59,699 nt of DNA, taken from assembly GCA_043725085.1 (NCBI GenBank), contig JAYSLY010000003.1, forward strand, positions 1 through 59,699. The letters are read 5' to 3'. Below are positions 38,759 to 47,524 of this stretch, piece after piece. How positions within the stretch are numbered: the first letter of the stretch is position 1; every line of letters starts with the position of its first letter. The notes below the pieces were generated by a model. It was not told where the DNA came from and made no database searches. It saw only the letters and a list, made by a program, of their open reading frames with translations. The DNA comes from a bacterium (GTDB taxonomy: Bacteria; Patescibacteriota; Minisyncoccia; Moranbacterales; UBA2206). The translations under genes and the position numbers were made by a program.

Positions 38759-39949
38759 TCATACCCTTTTTATTTCCTCTCTCAATTTCTCCATTAAATC
38801 CGTATAGAACTTCAAATTATGCATCGCGGAGAGGCGCATGGCGATTGGGTCTTTCATGGCAAAAAGATGGCGAAGATAGCTGCGCGAATAATTTTTGCAA
38901 AGCTGACAATCACAATTCGCATCTACCGGAGAAAAGTCTTCCCTAAATTTTCCATTATTAATATTTATCGTTTCATAAAACGACTCCGCTTTATCTGCAT
39001 TTTTTTTATCATTTAAGATTTGATCATTTATATTTGATTTCAAATTTAAAATTTCAAATTTAAAATTACTTTTCCGTAAAAAGAGTCTCCCATGTCTTCC
39101 CTCGCGTGTCGGAATCACGCAATCAAACATATCCCATCCACAAGCCACAAATTTGACGATGTCCTCCGGCGTTCCCACGCCTAAAGCAAAACGCAAAGAT
39201 TCTTTTGGAATAAGTTCGGCAGTTTCTCGCACAACATCTTCCATAAAATCTCCTTGGGCGTCAATATGCCGCGCGCCAAAACCATAGCCATCAAAGCCAA
39301 TTTCGACTAACTTTTGGGCACAATATTTTCGCAGATCGGCGTGTCCCCCGCCTTGAATAACACCAAAAATTAACGGACGCTCTTCCTTTGATATTTTTCT
39401 CTTCTTTAATTGTTTTTCATATTCAACTTTACAACGAGCTGCCCAAAGGATTGTCCGCTCAACCGCGTCAGCGATTTTTTCTTTTGTATAACTGTTTGGC
39501 GGCACATCATCCAAAACCACCATCATATCCACCCCTAAATCAAATTGAATCTGAATCGATTTTTCCGGTGAAATTTTGTGCATCGAACCGTCTAATGTTG
39601 ATTTGAAAACCACCGCTTCATCGGTAATTTTTCCCATCTCCGGATTTTTGTGAATCAAAGAAAAAACTTGATAGCCCCCGGAGTCAGACAAAAGTGGCGC
39701 ATGCCAGTGCATAAACTCATGAACACCCCCCGCTTTTTTCACAAGCTCCGTCCCCGGTTGCAAGTATAGATGGTAGGTATTCACAACCATTGGCCCCACG
39801 CCTACCGCAGCCAGGTCGTCGCGATCAAGAGATTTCACAAAACCACGCGTCGCATCAGGCATAAAAAACGGGGTATTAATTACTCCGTTTTTTGCCTTAA
39901 TTTGGCCGCTTCTGGCGGCGTTTTTTTGAGCTATTCGCTTAAACATCAA
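38759..39949 (-). CDS. tgt: Queuine tRNA-ribosyltransferase
   Basis: TPFFMPDAT, LSDSGGYQVFSL, and the zinc site CDCQLCKNYSRSYLRHL. Confidence 0.93.
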   Translation of the reverse strand: MMFKRIAQKNAARSGQIKAKNGVINTPFFMPDATRGFVKSLDRDDLAAVGVGPMVVNTYHLYLQPGTELVKKAGGVHEFMHWHAPLLSDSGGYQVFSLIHKNPEMGKITDEAVVFKSTLDGSMHKISPEKSIQIQFDLGVDMMVVLDDVPPNSYTKEKIADAVERTILWAARCKVEYEKQLKKRKISKEERPLIFGVIQGGGHADLRKYCAQKLVEIGFDGYGFGARHIDAQGDFMEDVVRETAELIPKESLRFALGVGTPEDIVKFVACGWDMFDCVIPTREGRHGRLFLRKSNFKFEILNLKSNINDQILNDKKNADKAESFYETININNGKFREDFSPVDANCDCQLCKNYSRSYLRHLFAMKDPIAMRLSAMHNLKFYTDLMEKLREEIKRV

Positions 39950-41850
39950 TTTACCACCTTATAATTTGTTCCCAGACTGCTATCCTCCGAAAGGTGCGTG
40001 CTTTTACCAGCCACTCTAGCAGAAATATTCTCTCCTGTAAACAGGTCTCTGGCTGAGAAAACAGACTCATTGAGCAGCGGCGCTTCATTGCCAGCTTGAT
40101 TAAGCGAAGGGTTAATCTTTACCTGGAAAGAAACTTCCTTGGCCGAAGATGCTATTCCCGTGCCCGCCGCGAGACTACCAATAGTCCAAACAATTGAATT
40201 TGTTCTTTCGTTATACACAAGCGGAGATCCTTCGGGAAAAATTTTTCCCGTCATAGTAACTGACGTAGGCAAAACAGCTTCCACTTTTGCGCCTTCGATA
40301 TCATTGGATACATTTGAGACAATAAAATGTATCGTATAGGTTGTTTCCGTGGAAACTTTTGGCGGAATCGGTCCGGAATTAGGAATACCGGCGTCATTGT
40401 AATAGCCCTTAACATCCAGCACTAATTTGGAATTTAACTTGATATCCATCTTATTGCCAGAAATGATTTTATTCATACTAATCGGCGTTGGGATATCAGG
40501 ACTATCAATTTTTGCCATACTGGAGATAATAAAATTTTTATCATTCGCATTGGCAATTGGAATTACTTCTTTTACTCCAATAGAAAATTTTATCACGCCA
40601 CTCTGACCGGGTGTGAGATTTTTAAGCTCCTTATAATCCGAGGCTTTCCAGGTAATTGTCTTACTGCTTGCGTCATAGACACCCCCAGCAATGTCCAAGG
40701 TTGCATAGTCCAAAACCGTGCTGTCAAGATGCTCGCTCACATTCACATCACGCAATCCTAACGTGCCTTCGTTTTTATAATTTATTTCAAATTGTAATTT
40801 ATCTCCCGCGTTTGCATTCAAATCACTAAGACCATTAACTGTCTGAGTAATAGCCAGCGGAGAGGAAACTATCTTTGTCTTTGCCTCTGCTTCGTTATAG
40901 CTGACAAACTCACCATTACTATTCGCCCCAACTGTTATCTTGGCCAGCTTTATCTCATCACGATTACCGGATAATTTTCCTGCCACCGTTATCTTCCCTC
41001 CTTGTCCTGCCGGTAAGCTTCCCACGTACCAGATATTGTTCCCTTCCGAAGATCTTGGATCGGAACTGGTAAAGACAAATTGAGTTGGGTAATCTATTCT
41101 CACTCTGATATTCTCCAGATTTTCTTGGCCTTCATTTTTATAGCTAATTACATAATTCACCTCATCTTGATTGGAAATATTTTGCGGCGCCATCACCTCG
41201 AGAGTAACCGGGGTGGAAATTACATTCACCGACAATTGATCGCTGGCTACAAAGACTGAGCTGACAGTCGACGGTGTGTAGGACAATTCGGCTTTGATCT
41301 TTATTAAATTGCCTTTAGGACTATATGCCCGACCATTAAAAACCACCGACCCCTCACTGTTGCCCTTAATATCTCCCAAGCTAAATGTACCGGAAACGGT
41401 CCCTTCCGGCTTGAAATCGGCATTTCCTTCAGGTTTGAAATCTTCCGGAAAACTCATCCTAAGAGAAACATTTTTCAGATCTGCCCGATTAGCATTTTTA
41501 TAGTTTATCGTATAGACACTTAGATTTCCGCTTTTGATTTCTGTTGGACCGGAAAGAGTAAGCGCTAACCGATCAGAAGAAAAAAAGGCTTGCTTGATTT
41601 TGTAGAACCCCACCACAAGCGCAATAACCAAAAGCAACCCGCCAAGAATAATCGCTCCTTTTTTGATGATTTTCCGATCTCCTCTTTCGATTATTTCTTC
41701 CTTTTCCACCCACTCGTCTTTGGGAGCAGCAGTCTTATCAGGCGAAGTAAAAACCATTGATTTTTCATCAAACTCGCTCTTTTCATGCTGGAACATTTCC
41801 GTGTCGGATTCTTTTTTATAGAGTTCGTTTTGTATTTCGTTGAGTGACAT
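39946..41850 (-). CDS. Membrane-anchored surface protein with DUF11/CARDB-like repeats
   Basis: A TM segment (AIILGGLLLVIALVVGFY) followed by repeated units of about 110 aa (Y.INYKN.G...L.NV ... W.IG.L..G). There is a 4-nt overlap with tgt. Confidence 0.65.
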   Translation of the reverse strand: MSLNEIQNELYKKESDTEMFQHEKSEFDEKSMVFTSPDKTAAPKDEWVEKEEIIERGDRKIIKKGAIILGGLLLVIALVVGFYKIKQAFFSSDRLALTLSGPTEIKSGNLSVYTINYKNANRADLKNVSLRMSFPEDFKPEGNADFKPEGTVSGTFSLGDIKGNSEGSVVFNGRAYSPKGNLIKIKAELSYTPSTVSSVFVASDQLSVNVISTPVTLEVMAPQNISNQDEVNYVISYKNEGQENLENIRVRIDYPTQFVFTSSDPRSSEGNNIWYVGSLPAGQGGKITVAGKLSGNRDEIKLAKITVGANSNGEFVSYNEAEAKTKIVSSPLAITQTVNGLSDLNANAGDKLQFEINYKNEGTLGLRDVNVSEHLDSTVLDYATLDIAGGVYDASSKTITWKASDYKELKNLTPGQSGVIKFSIGVKEVIPIANANDKNFIISSMAKIDSPDIPTPISMNKIISGNKMDIKLNSKLVLDVKGYYNDAGIPNSGPIPPKVSTETTYTIHFIVSNVSNDIEGAKVEAVLPTSVTMTGKIFPEGSPLVYNERTNSIVWTIGSLAAGTGIASSAKEVSFQVKINPSLNQAGNEAPLLNESVFSARDLFTGENISARVAGKSTHLSEDSSLGTNYKVVN

Positions 41851-41864
41851 ATTTTTTTCTTTTT

Positions 41865-41990
41865 TTATTTCCCACTACAATTTTTTGTACCCTTGATTCG
41901 GTTGCAACCATCAGAACAATAGACATCTTTGCAAGTATGAGCAGCACAGTCCGGGTCATCCGGTTTGCAGGCTTTGCCTGTATTTGTAAA
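41865..41990 (-). pseudogene. 5'-truncated C-terminal fragment of a Cys-rich surface-protein paralog
   Basis: Manual translation gives ...FTNTGKACKPDDPDCAAHTCKDVYCSDGCNRIKGTKNCSGK*. There is no start codon, and an in-frame TAA lies just upstream (42000-42002). Confidence 0.7.
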
Positions 41991-42040
41991 CAACGCTAGT
42001 TAAATTAACACTTTAGCGAAACAGCTTAGCTGACTGCCAA

Positions 42041-43297
42041 TCATAGATCCCAAGCACAGATATGCCCGATCCCCTCCTTTGACCCTAAAGAAGCATCATC
42101 CATGCTGATAACTATCTTCTCGTATGCATCATGAATTTCTTCCAAATTTCCAAACTCTCTTAGCGCAACTTTTTTGTCATTTATAGAATAGGCGGTTTGA
42201 ATATATTTTTTGTCTTTTCCCTTTTCGGCAATAAAATCAATTTCTTTCTTGCCAAGACTGCCGACAAACACCCGATACCCCTGCGCTCTAAAATAAATAT
42301 AGATAGCATTTTCAAGATGTTTCCCTAGTCCGAAATCAAAACTGGAAGAAAGAAAATTTCGAAAAGAAAGATCATTTAAATAATATTTTTTACTGCTGGC
42401 CAAAATACTCTTTCCTTTTATGTCAAATCTTTCCACTTCGTGAAAAATATAAGATTCCAAAATATATTCCAAATAATTACTAATTGTCTCATGATTGGTT
42501 TTTATTTTTTGGCTATTCAAAAAATGAACGATAGAATTAATGGAAAAAAGATTTCCTATATTATTGGCAAGAAATTTAAATAAATTTTCCAGAAGTTGCG
42601 AATCTTTTATTTTATGTCTTTGTATTACATCTTTTAAGAGTATGGTATTCTTAAGCGCACTCAGATAGTGCTCTTTCATTTCTTCAGAAGGCAGATTGAA
42701 AAGTTCCGGCAAGCCTCCGGCTTTCAGATAAGCCAAATAGCTCTCTTTACCCCGTGGGAGTTTTTTGAATTCGACATACTCATCATAGAGAAACGGAAAA
42801 ATCAGAAAATCAACATAACGCCCGCTCAAATAAGTCGCCAACTCAGAGGAAAGCATTTTTGAATTTGATCCACTAATAAACACTTCGTAGGACTGCCGGT
42901 GATCTTGTGAGAGAGAATTAACTATTTTTTCCCAACCGGAAATCTCCTGCACTTCATCGAGAAAAATAAACACCTTGCCATGTATTTTTAATTCTTTTTT
43001 ATATATATCAATAAGCTTCCCTAAATCCTTATAGTTTTTAACCAAATCAAAATCAACTAATTCTTTATTGAGATAGAAAATATTTTTAGGATTAGTGCCG
43101 CCATCAACCAGCGCACGCATAACTTGACGCATAATAAAGCTTTTTCCCACGCGCCTTTGCCCCAAAATTACCTTTATTAGCTTATTACCGGAAAACTCTA
43201 CAATCTTTTTTGTATACATCTTCCTGGCAAAGCCGGTATTAAGCTTCTCTCCAGCCCAAATATTATATTTTTTCAACTTTTTAAATGTTTCAAGCAT
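42041..43297 (-). CDS. AAA-family ATPase with a DUF4143-like C-terminus (COG1373 type)
   Basis: Walker A GQRRVGKS and Walker B IFLDEVQ. The C-terminal part resembles the restriction-endonuclease-like DUF4143. Confidence 0.75.
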   Translation of the reverse strand: MLETFKKLKKYNIWAGEKLNTGFARKMYTKKIVEFSGNKLIKVILGQRRVGKSFIMRQVMRALVDGGTNPKNIFYLNKELVDFDLVKNYKDLGKLIDIYKKELKIHGKVFIFLDEVQEISGWEKIVNSLSQDHRQSYEVFISGSNSKMLSSELATYLSGRYVDFLIFPFLYDEYVEFKKLPRGKESYLAYLKAGGLPELFNLPSEEMKEHYLSALKNTILLKDVIQRHKIKDSQLLENLFKFLANNIGNLFSINSIVHFLNSQKIKTNHETISNYLEYILESYIFHEVERFDIKGKSILASSKKYYLNDLSFRNFLSSSFDFGLGKHLENAIYIYFRAQGYRVFVGSLGKKEIDFIAEKGKDKKYIQTAYSINDKKVALREFGNLEEIHDAYEKIVISMDDASLGSKEGIGHICAWDL

Positions 43298-43331
43298 ATC
43301 TTAAATTTTCGAATATTATTGATTTGTTTCA

Positions 43332-43360
43332 AGTGTACCTTAAACTTTTTCGCTTGTCAA
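43332..43360 (-). promoter_or_regulatory. Promoter TTGACA-17-TACACT for the ATPase gene
   Basis: Read on the minus strand. Confidence 0.55.
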
Positions 43361-43486
43361 CCATGGATTACCCCGGTATTTCTCAACTGTCACAGTAATT
43401 CTTGGTTCCATGGGAAAAATCTGACACAAATCAGAAAAAGCGTAAATCGCCCATTGCTAGGCCACAAATAACATCGAAAAGAATTT

Positions 43487-43728
43487 CTAGCGCCTGCGGA
43501 TAAAAATGACTGTCCCGACAGCAATCCCAACGGCAAACATCCAGCCACCGATATTAAAAACAATGTCGGAAAGAGAAGAAGCCGGCAGGCCACTGGCTTT
43601 GGCATTTTGCATGCCAGACGTAAAACTGGGTTTGACCTGGGCAAAAACTTTTTTTCCATAAAAGCCCCGCGCCACGCACAAAGACAACCCCAAAATACAA
43701 ATCTTTTTGCCGTTTTGAATGTGTTCAT
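43487..43728 (-). pseudogene. Frameshifted small secreted / pilin-like protein
   Basis: ATG 43728 gives MNTFKTAKRFVFWG. A -1/+2 shift in the T4G4 run (plus-strand CCCCAAAA, 43688-43695) joins it to LSLCVARGFYGKKVFAQVKPSF...GLPASSLSDIVFNIGGWMFAVGIAVGTVIFIRRR*. Confidence 0.35.
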
Positions 43729-43784
43729 TTTTTGTTTAATATCCATAGCCACAACGAACTTAAAAAATTAAACCTATCCTTAGA

Positions 43785-44015
43785 TTATTTCCCACTACAA
43801 CCTTTCGTCCCCTTGATCCGATTGCAACCATCAGAACAGTACACATCATTGCAGGTGTGAGCAGCACAGTCCGGGTCATCCGGTTTGCAGGCATTACCGG
43901 TATCGGTGACGCATTTGCAGTTTTCACAAGTTTTGCCAGTTGGGCATGGAACATAGCTAATTAGTCCGGTGGAGGGTTTGTAGTCACACTCCTCTTGGCC
44001 TTCGACGATATTGTT
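43785..44015 (-). pseudogene. 5'-truncated C-terminal fragment (76 codons) of a Cys-rich surface-protein paralog
   Basis: NNIVEGQEECDYKPSTGLISYVPCPTGKTCENCKCVTDTGNACKPDDPDCAAHTCNDVYCSDGCNRIKGTKGCSGK*. There is no in-frame ATG and an in-frame stop at 44028-44030. The sequence is close to nt 1-165. Confidence 0.75.
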
Positions 44016-44065
44016 TTTATACCAATATCATACCACAAATCAGATGCCTGGTAAATGTCTAAAAA

Positions 44066-44785
44066 TCAAACCCAATCAATCAACTCCTTCCAAATCAATT
44101 TCAACTCGCGCAAATCTCTTTCCGTCACCTCCAGCTTGGAAAAACTGCCAATCTTATTTTTCAAAAATATTTTCGTGAGCTTGATTGACGAATCATTGTT
44201 TCTAACTTTTTTTCTCTCTGTTTTCGCGCATGCGCCGCAGAGCGCCCCACCTCGCTCAGCCGAAAAAAAATTGTCATTCCCCGCCACAATTTTCCTGCCG
44301 CAATTGGCACAATATTCCACCCGAATTTTATACCCTAAACATTCCGTCAGTTTGAACAAAAAGCCTAAGGTAATAATATCAAACTTATACTCCGCCTTTT
44401 TCTCGGAGCTTGATTTTTCCATTGCCTCTAAATATTCCAGAAAGAGTTCGAAAACTCGCGCGTCTTTTTCTTGCTGAGTGATTAGTTTATCAAAATGCGA
44501 GAGTGCCCAAAATACCCGGCTAATCGCCAAAAAATCCGCCTTAATCGCAGAAAAATTATTAACAGCGATTGCCCCGGTGACATTGCCCATCCCTTTTCTT
44601 TTGGAAACATAGATTTCTGCGTGTGTCAGCGGTTCAAGATTTCCCGCCAGTTTCGCGTTTGGTTTTCGCACCCCACGCCCAACCGCCTGAATCTTGCCTT
44701 CTTCCAGTGTGTAGAAATTATAGATCCGATCAACTTCGTTGATGTCTCTTTTTGAGAGGATTAGGCTGGTATATTTGAAGTCCAT
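44066..44785 (-). CDS. recO: DNA repair protein RecO
   Basis: The N-terminal OB-fold region (LILSKRDINEVDRIYNFYT..GKIQAVGRGVRK) and the zinc finger CANCGRK...CGAC. Confidence 0.85.
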   Translation of the reverse strand: MDFKYTSLILSKRDINEVDRIYNFYTLEEGKIQAVGRGVRKPNAKLAGNLEPLTHAEIYVSKRKGMGNVTGAIAVNNFSAIKADFLAISRVFWALSHFDKLITQQEKDARVFELFLEYLEAMEKSSSEKKAEYKFDIITLGFLFKLTECLGYKIRVEYCANCGRKIVAGNDNFFSAERGGALCGACAKTERKKVRNNDSSIKLTKIFLKNKIGSFSKLEVTERDLRELKLIWKELIDWV

Positions 44786-44804
44786 AGTGTGAGTTTTGTT
44801 TATA

Positions 44805-44954
44805 TCCCCTCCGGGGGAAGATGGCCATAGGCCGGATGAGGGAAAGGGCTTAATGTTAAAATGAAAACCAAATTAGCATAGATCATTCATAATATATAGC
44901 CCTTGCCCTCACCTGTCACGTGCTCGTGACATCCTCTCCCGAAGGGCGAGAAGG
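44805..44954. mobile_element. MITE-like palindromic element, second copy of the 38592-38744 family
   Basis: TCCCCTCCGGGGGAAGATGGCCATAGGCCGGATGAGGGAAAGGGC ... GCCCTTGCCCTCACCTGTCACGTGCTCGTGACATCCTCTCCCGAAGGGCGAGAAGG. Confidence 0.65.
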
Positions 44955-45095
44955 CTGCTTTTTTTTAAGGATACCACAAAACAAAAAAACTTGTCATCCT
45001 GAGCGAAGCGGAGCGGAGTCGAAGAATCTACTTTCCATTATCTGGAGCTTTGCGTATATTTCTAAAGCTTGAGGTATTGCAAGACAGATCCTTGC

Positions 45096-45206
45096 TCCAC
45101 CGCTGAAGCTTTAGCGTAAGCAGGCCACCTTCTCCTTGGTAAGGAGAAGGGCATTCTTTCGCATTTTGTCCCCTCTCCTTAGCAAGGAGAGGGTTAGTGT
45201 GAGGTG
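45096..45206. repeat. Cluster of REP-like palindromes (GCTGAAGCTTTAGCGTAAGCAGGCC; CCTTCTCCTTGGTAAGGAGAAGG; CCCCTCTCCTTAGCAAGGAGAGGGTTAGTGTGAGGTGG)
   Basis: Read directly. The same units occur in frame inside metG and ileS. Confidence 0.75.
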
Positions 45207-45410
45207 GATTTTATTTTTCCCCAAAGAAAAAAGGGAGAGAAGTTGTGAACATGCTTGCTCACCCTTCTTTCCCTTATTGCCAAAACTTTCCTCCCAAGGT
45301 TTTGACTTGATTTTAAAATAATTTGAATAGGGCGATGGTTCGAAAAAGCCACCAGCCCCATAAGATTGTGAGTATGGAGCTGGCTGACCAGCCGCATACA
45401 GATACTTTAC

Positions 45411-45611
45411 TTATCGGCTCCATCCGCCCTCCTTATCGGGCTCATCGCCTCTTAAGTTGCGCCAAACTATAAGCGCTAAAATTCCGCTCGCCAACGCCCG
45501 CAATATGGGCGGCATTGAGTCGTTGAAAATAAAACAAAAAATCAATATCAAGCCGATTGCGACTTGAACAAAATTTCTCGCCACGAATGCTCCGATTTTT
45601 CTCTGACTCAT
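45411..45611 (-). CDS. Small (66 aa) two-TM membrane protein
   Basis: FVQVAIGLILIFCFIF and ALASGILALIVW. There is a 4-nt overlap with the upstream ORF. Confidence 0.55.
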   Translation of the reverse strand: MSQRKIGAFVARNFVQVAIGLILIFCFIFNDSMPPILRALASGILALIVWRNLRGDEPDKEGGWSR

Positions 45612-45802
45612 TTTTTTATTCCTCCAAAAAGAGTTTCTTCGATGGGAACCTTCCTTCCTGACATAACAGGTCCCCCTGGTTTATTTTCACAGGGAAAACT
45701 CTGACCCTCATGTGGGTCATCCCTACCTTGATCATCACCAGCCGCCAACATTTTGTAGTCAACGACATTACGCCAACTTTTCCTCCCCGTTTTTAATTTC
45801 AT
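45608..45802 (-). CDS. Small (64 aa) charged protein; unknown function
   Basis: ATG preceded by a GGGGGGAGGG RBS. It lies in the operon with the receiver-like genes. Confidence 0.5.
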   Translation of the reverse strand: MKLKTGRKSWRNVVDYKMLAAGDDQGRDDPHEGQSFPCENKPGGPVMSGRKVPIEETLFGGIKK

Positions 45803-45829
45803 ATTCCCTCCCCCCGAAGAAAAAATGGT

Positions 45830-46114
45830 TTATGAAAGCAGATCCTCGATCGTTTCTTTCAAAAGATCCACACCGACGGGCTTTCCAAGAAAACAAACGA
45901 TTCCCAGCTTTTTAACATCCTCGGTCCAGATGTCTTTAACAGACATAAGAATCGCCACGACACCAGGATGCTTTTCTTTTGCCGCCAAAAGTGCAAACGC
46001 GTCATCTGGGTTATTGGCCGTATCAACATGACAGCCGTCGAATGATTCTTCGACCATCATTGACACCACTCCACATACGGCAGGATCGTCATCGACTACC
46101 AAACAACAGTTCAT
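45830..46114 (-). CDS. Truncated receiver-like (CheY-fold) protein lacking the phospho-acceptor Asp
   Basis: CCLVVDDDPAVC (beta1/acidic pocket) and FLGKPVGVDLLKETI (beta5-alpha5). The expected ...LLD position reads VVAILMS. Confidence 0.6.
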   Translation of the reverse strand: MNCCLVVDDDPAVCGVVSMMVEESFDGCHVDTANNPDDAFALLAAKEKHPGVVAILMSVKDIWTEDVKKLGIVCFLGKPVGVDLLKETIEDLLS

Positions 46115-46479
46115 TCCCCTAACTCCTTTCCCTGAAAAAAGTCCTCTACGAACTTTTTTAGTTCTTGATGATTATATGGAAAACCCCAAAAGTAATCGAC
46201 TCTTAATATCAATTCGTCGCTTACCACTGAAGCCCCCTCGAGAATTGTCATCATGCCAGGATATTTGGCCTTTATCCCCTGAAGAACATCGACCCCGCTA
46301 GCATCACCATCATGACCATAAATAACCACGTCCGGTCTCTCTTCCTGTAACTTCTCAGGAGCACCGGAAATATCCGTAACCTCGCATTTGCAATCGGGAA
46401 ATAAATCCTCGATAATTCCCAGCAACAGACAAGCAAACATTAAATCGTTATCGATAATCAAAAAATTTAACTCTTTCAT
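46111..46479 (-). CDS. Receiver-like (CheY-fold) protein with the catalytic residues replaced
   Basis: I place the start at ATG 46479 (GGAGGGGGG RBS). FLIIDNDL; the beta3 end reads DVVIYGHDGD; the KP position reads WGFPY. Confidence 0.6.
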   Translation of the reverse strand: MKELNFLIIDNDLMFACLLLGIIEDLFPDCKCEVTDISGAPEKLQEERPDVVIYGHDGDASGVDVLQGIKAKYPGMMTILEGASVVSDELILRVDYFWGFPYNHQELKKFVEDFFQGKELGE

Positions 46480-46675
46480 CGCATGCCCCCCCCTCCATTT
46501 GTTGTTTATAGAACTCACGCATTCAACCAAGAATTATCCGTGAAAATACGCCTCTTGGGGCAATAATTCCAAGACAAATGCGTAAGTCCTATAACCCTTC
46601 AATTGTCAAAAAACTAATACATCATCTTGGCACAATTTGGCCAAAATGTCAAATCCAAGCCCTTAAATTCTAATC

Positions 46676-47511
46676 TGAATTGCAATTTGCCTTTAAACAA
46701 AAGGACACCCCGCAGTGAGGTATAATAGTTACGCTACATAACTAACTAATACTCACAAACAAGATGTCCCACACACAGCTTAACTTAAAACAGCGTTTTC
46801 AGCTAGAAACTCTACTTGGAGCAGGCTGGATTCAAAAAAGTATTGCCTATCATATCAGTGTTAACCCGTCCACTATCAGTAGAGAGCTTTCATTGTTTGG
46901 AACAGGTGCATATGACGCACGAAGTGCGCATAGTCAAGCAGCCAAAAGAAGAAAAACTGGAAAAAGAAAATCCAAAGTACTTTTGAAAAATGAAGGGGTT
47001 AGAAATTATGTGGAAAGTAAATTAAAAAAAGATTGGTCACCAGAGCAGATTTCAGGCAGAGGAAAAACAGAGTGCGAAGGAATGGTGTGTCATGAGACAA
47101 TCTATGCATTCATCTATGAAGAAGAAACGGATTTCTAATTGCAGATCTTTTTCTCAAAAAAAATGCAGTGCTCATTAAAGAAAAAACTATTGAAAGTTTT
47201 TTGAAAATTTCCAAGGATAAGAAATTCTCCATTACTTATGACAATGGAGTTGAATTTTCTGAGCATGAACTTACTGGGAGAATGACTGGTATGCAAATAT
47301 TTTTTGCCTACCCATATCACTCTTGGGAACGAGGCACCAACGAAAATACCAATGGACTTTTGAGGCAATACTTTCCCAAAAAGATGTTGTTTGCTAAGCT
47401 AACACAAACGGACGTTGATGCTGCCGTATGGCGCATCAATAACCGTCCGAGAAAAAGACTTGGCTATTTAATTCCCTACGAGGTATTTGTAGAGGGTAAA
47501 ATTGCAATTCA
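46676..47511 (+). mobile_element. Internally deleted IS30-family element
   Basis: 13-bp terminal inverted repeat TGAATTGCAATTT (46676-46688; reverse complement at 47499-47511). It encloses two transposase fragments and is about 836 bp long, shorter than typical IS30 members. Confidence 0.7.
46764..47138 (+). pseudogene. IS30 transposase N-terminal fragment (HTH region)
   Basis: LKQRFQLETLLGAGWIQKSIAYHISVNPSTISREL ... WSPEQISG ... CHETIYAFIY. Confidence 0.75.
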
Positions 47512-47524
47512 AGCTAAAATGTAA
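47168..47524 (+). pseudogene. IS30 transposase C-terminal fragment (end of the DDE domain)
   Basis: ITYDNGVEFSEH ... FAYPYHSWERGTNENTNGLLRQYFPK ... INNRPRKRLGY. The region carrying the first two catalytic Asp residues is missing. Confidence 0.75.

Noticed and set aside
43390-43752. The 120-aa ORF MAMDIKQKMNTFKTAKRFVFWGCLCAWRG... as a real gene
   Set aside because: After the first 20 or so residues its composition is implausible (Cys/Leu/Arg/Phe-rich). The alternative frame encodes a coherent TM-anchored C-terminus. I interpret it as one small gene with a frameshift.
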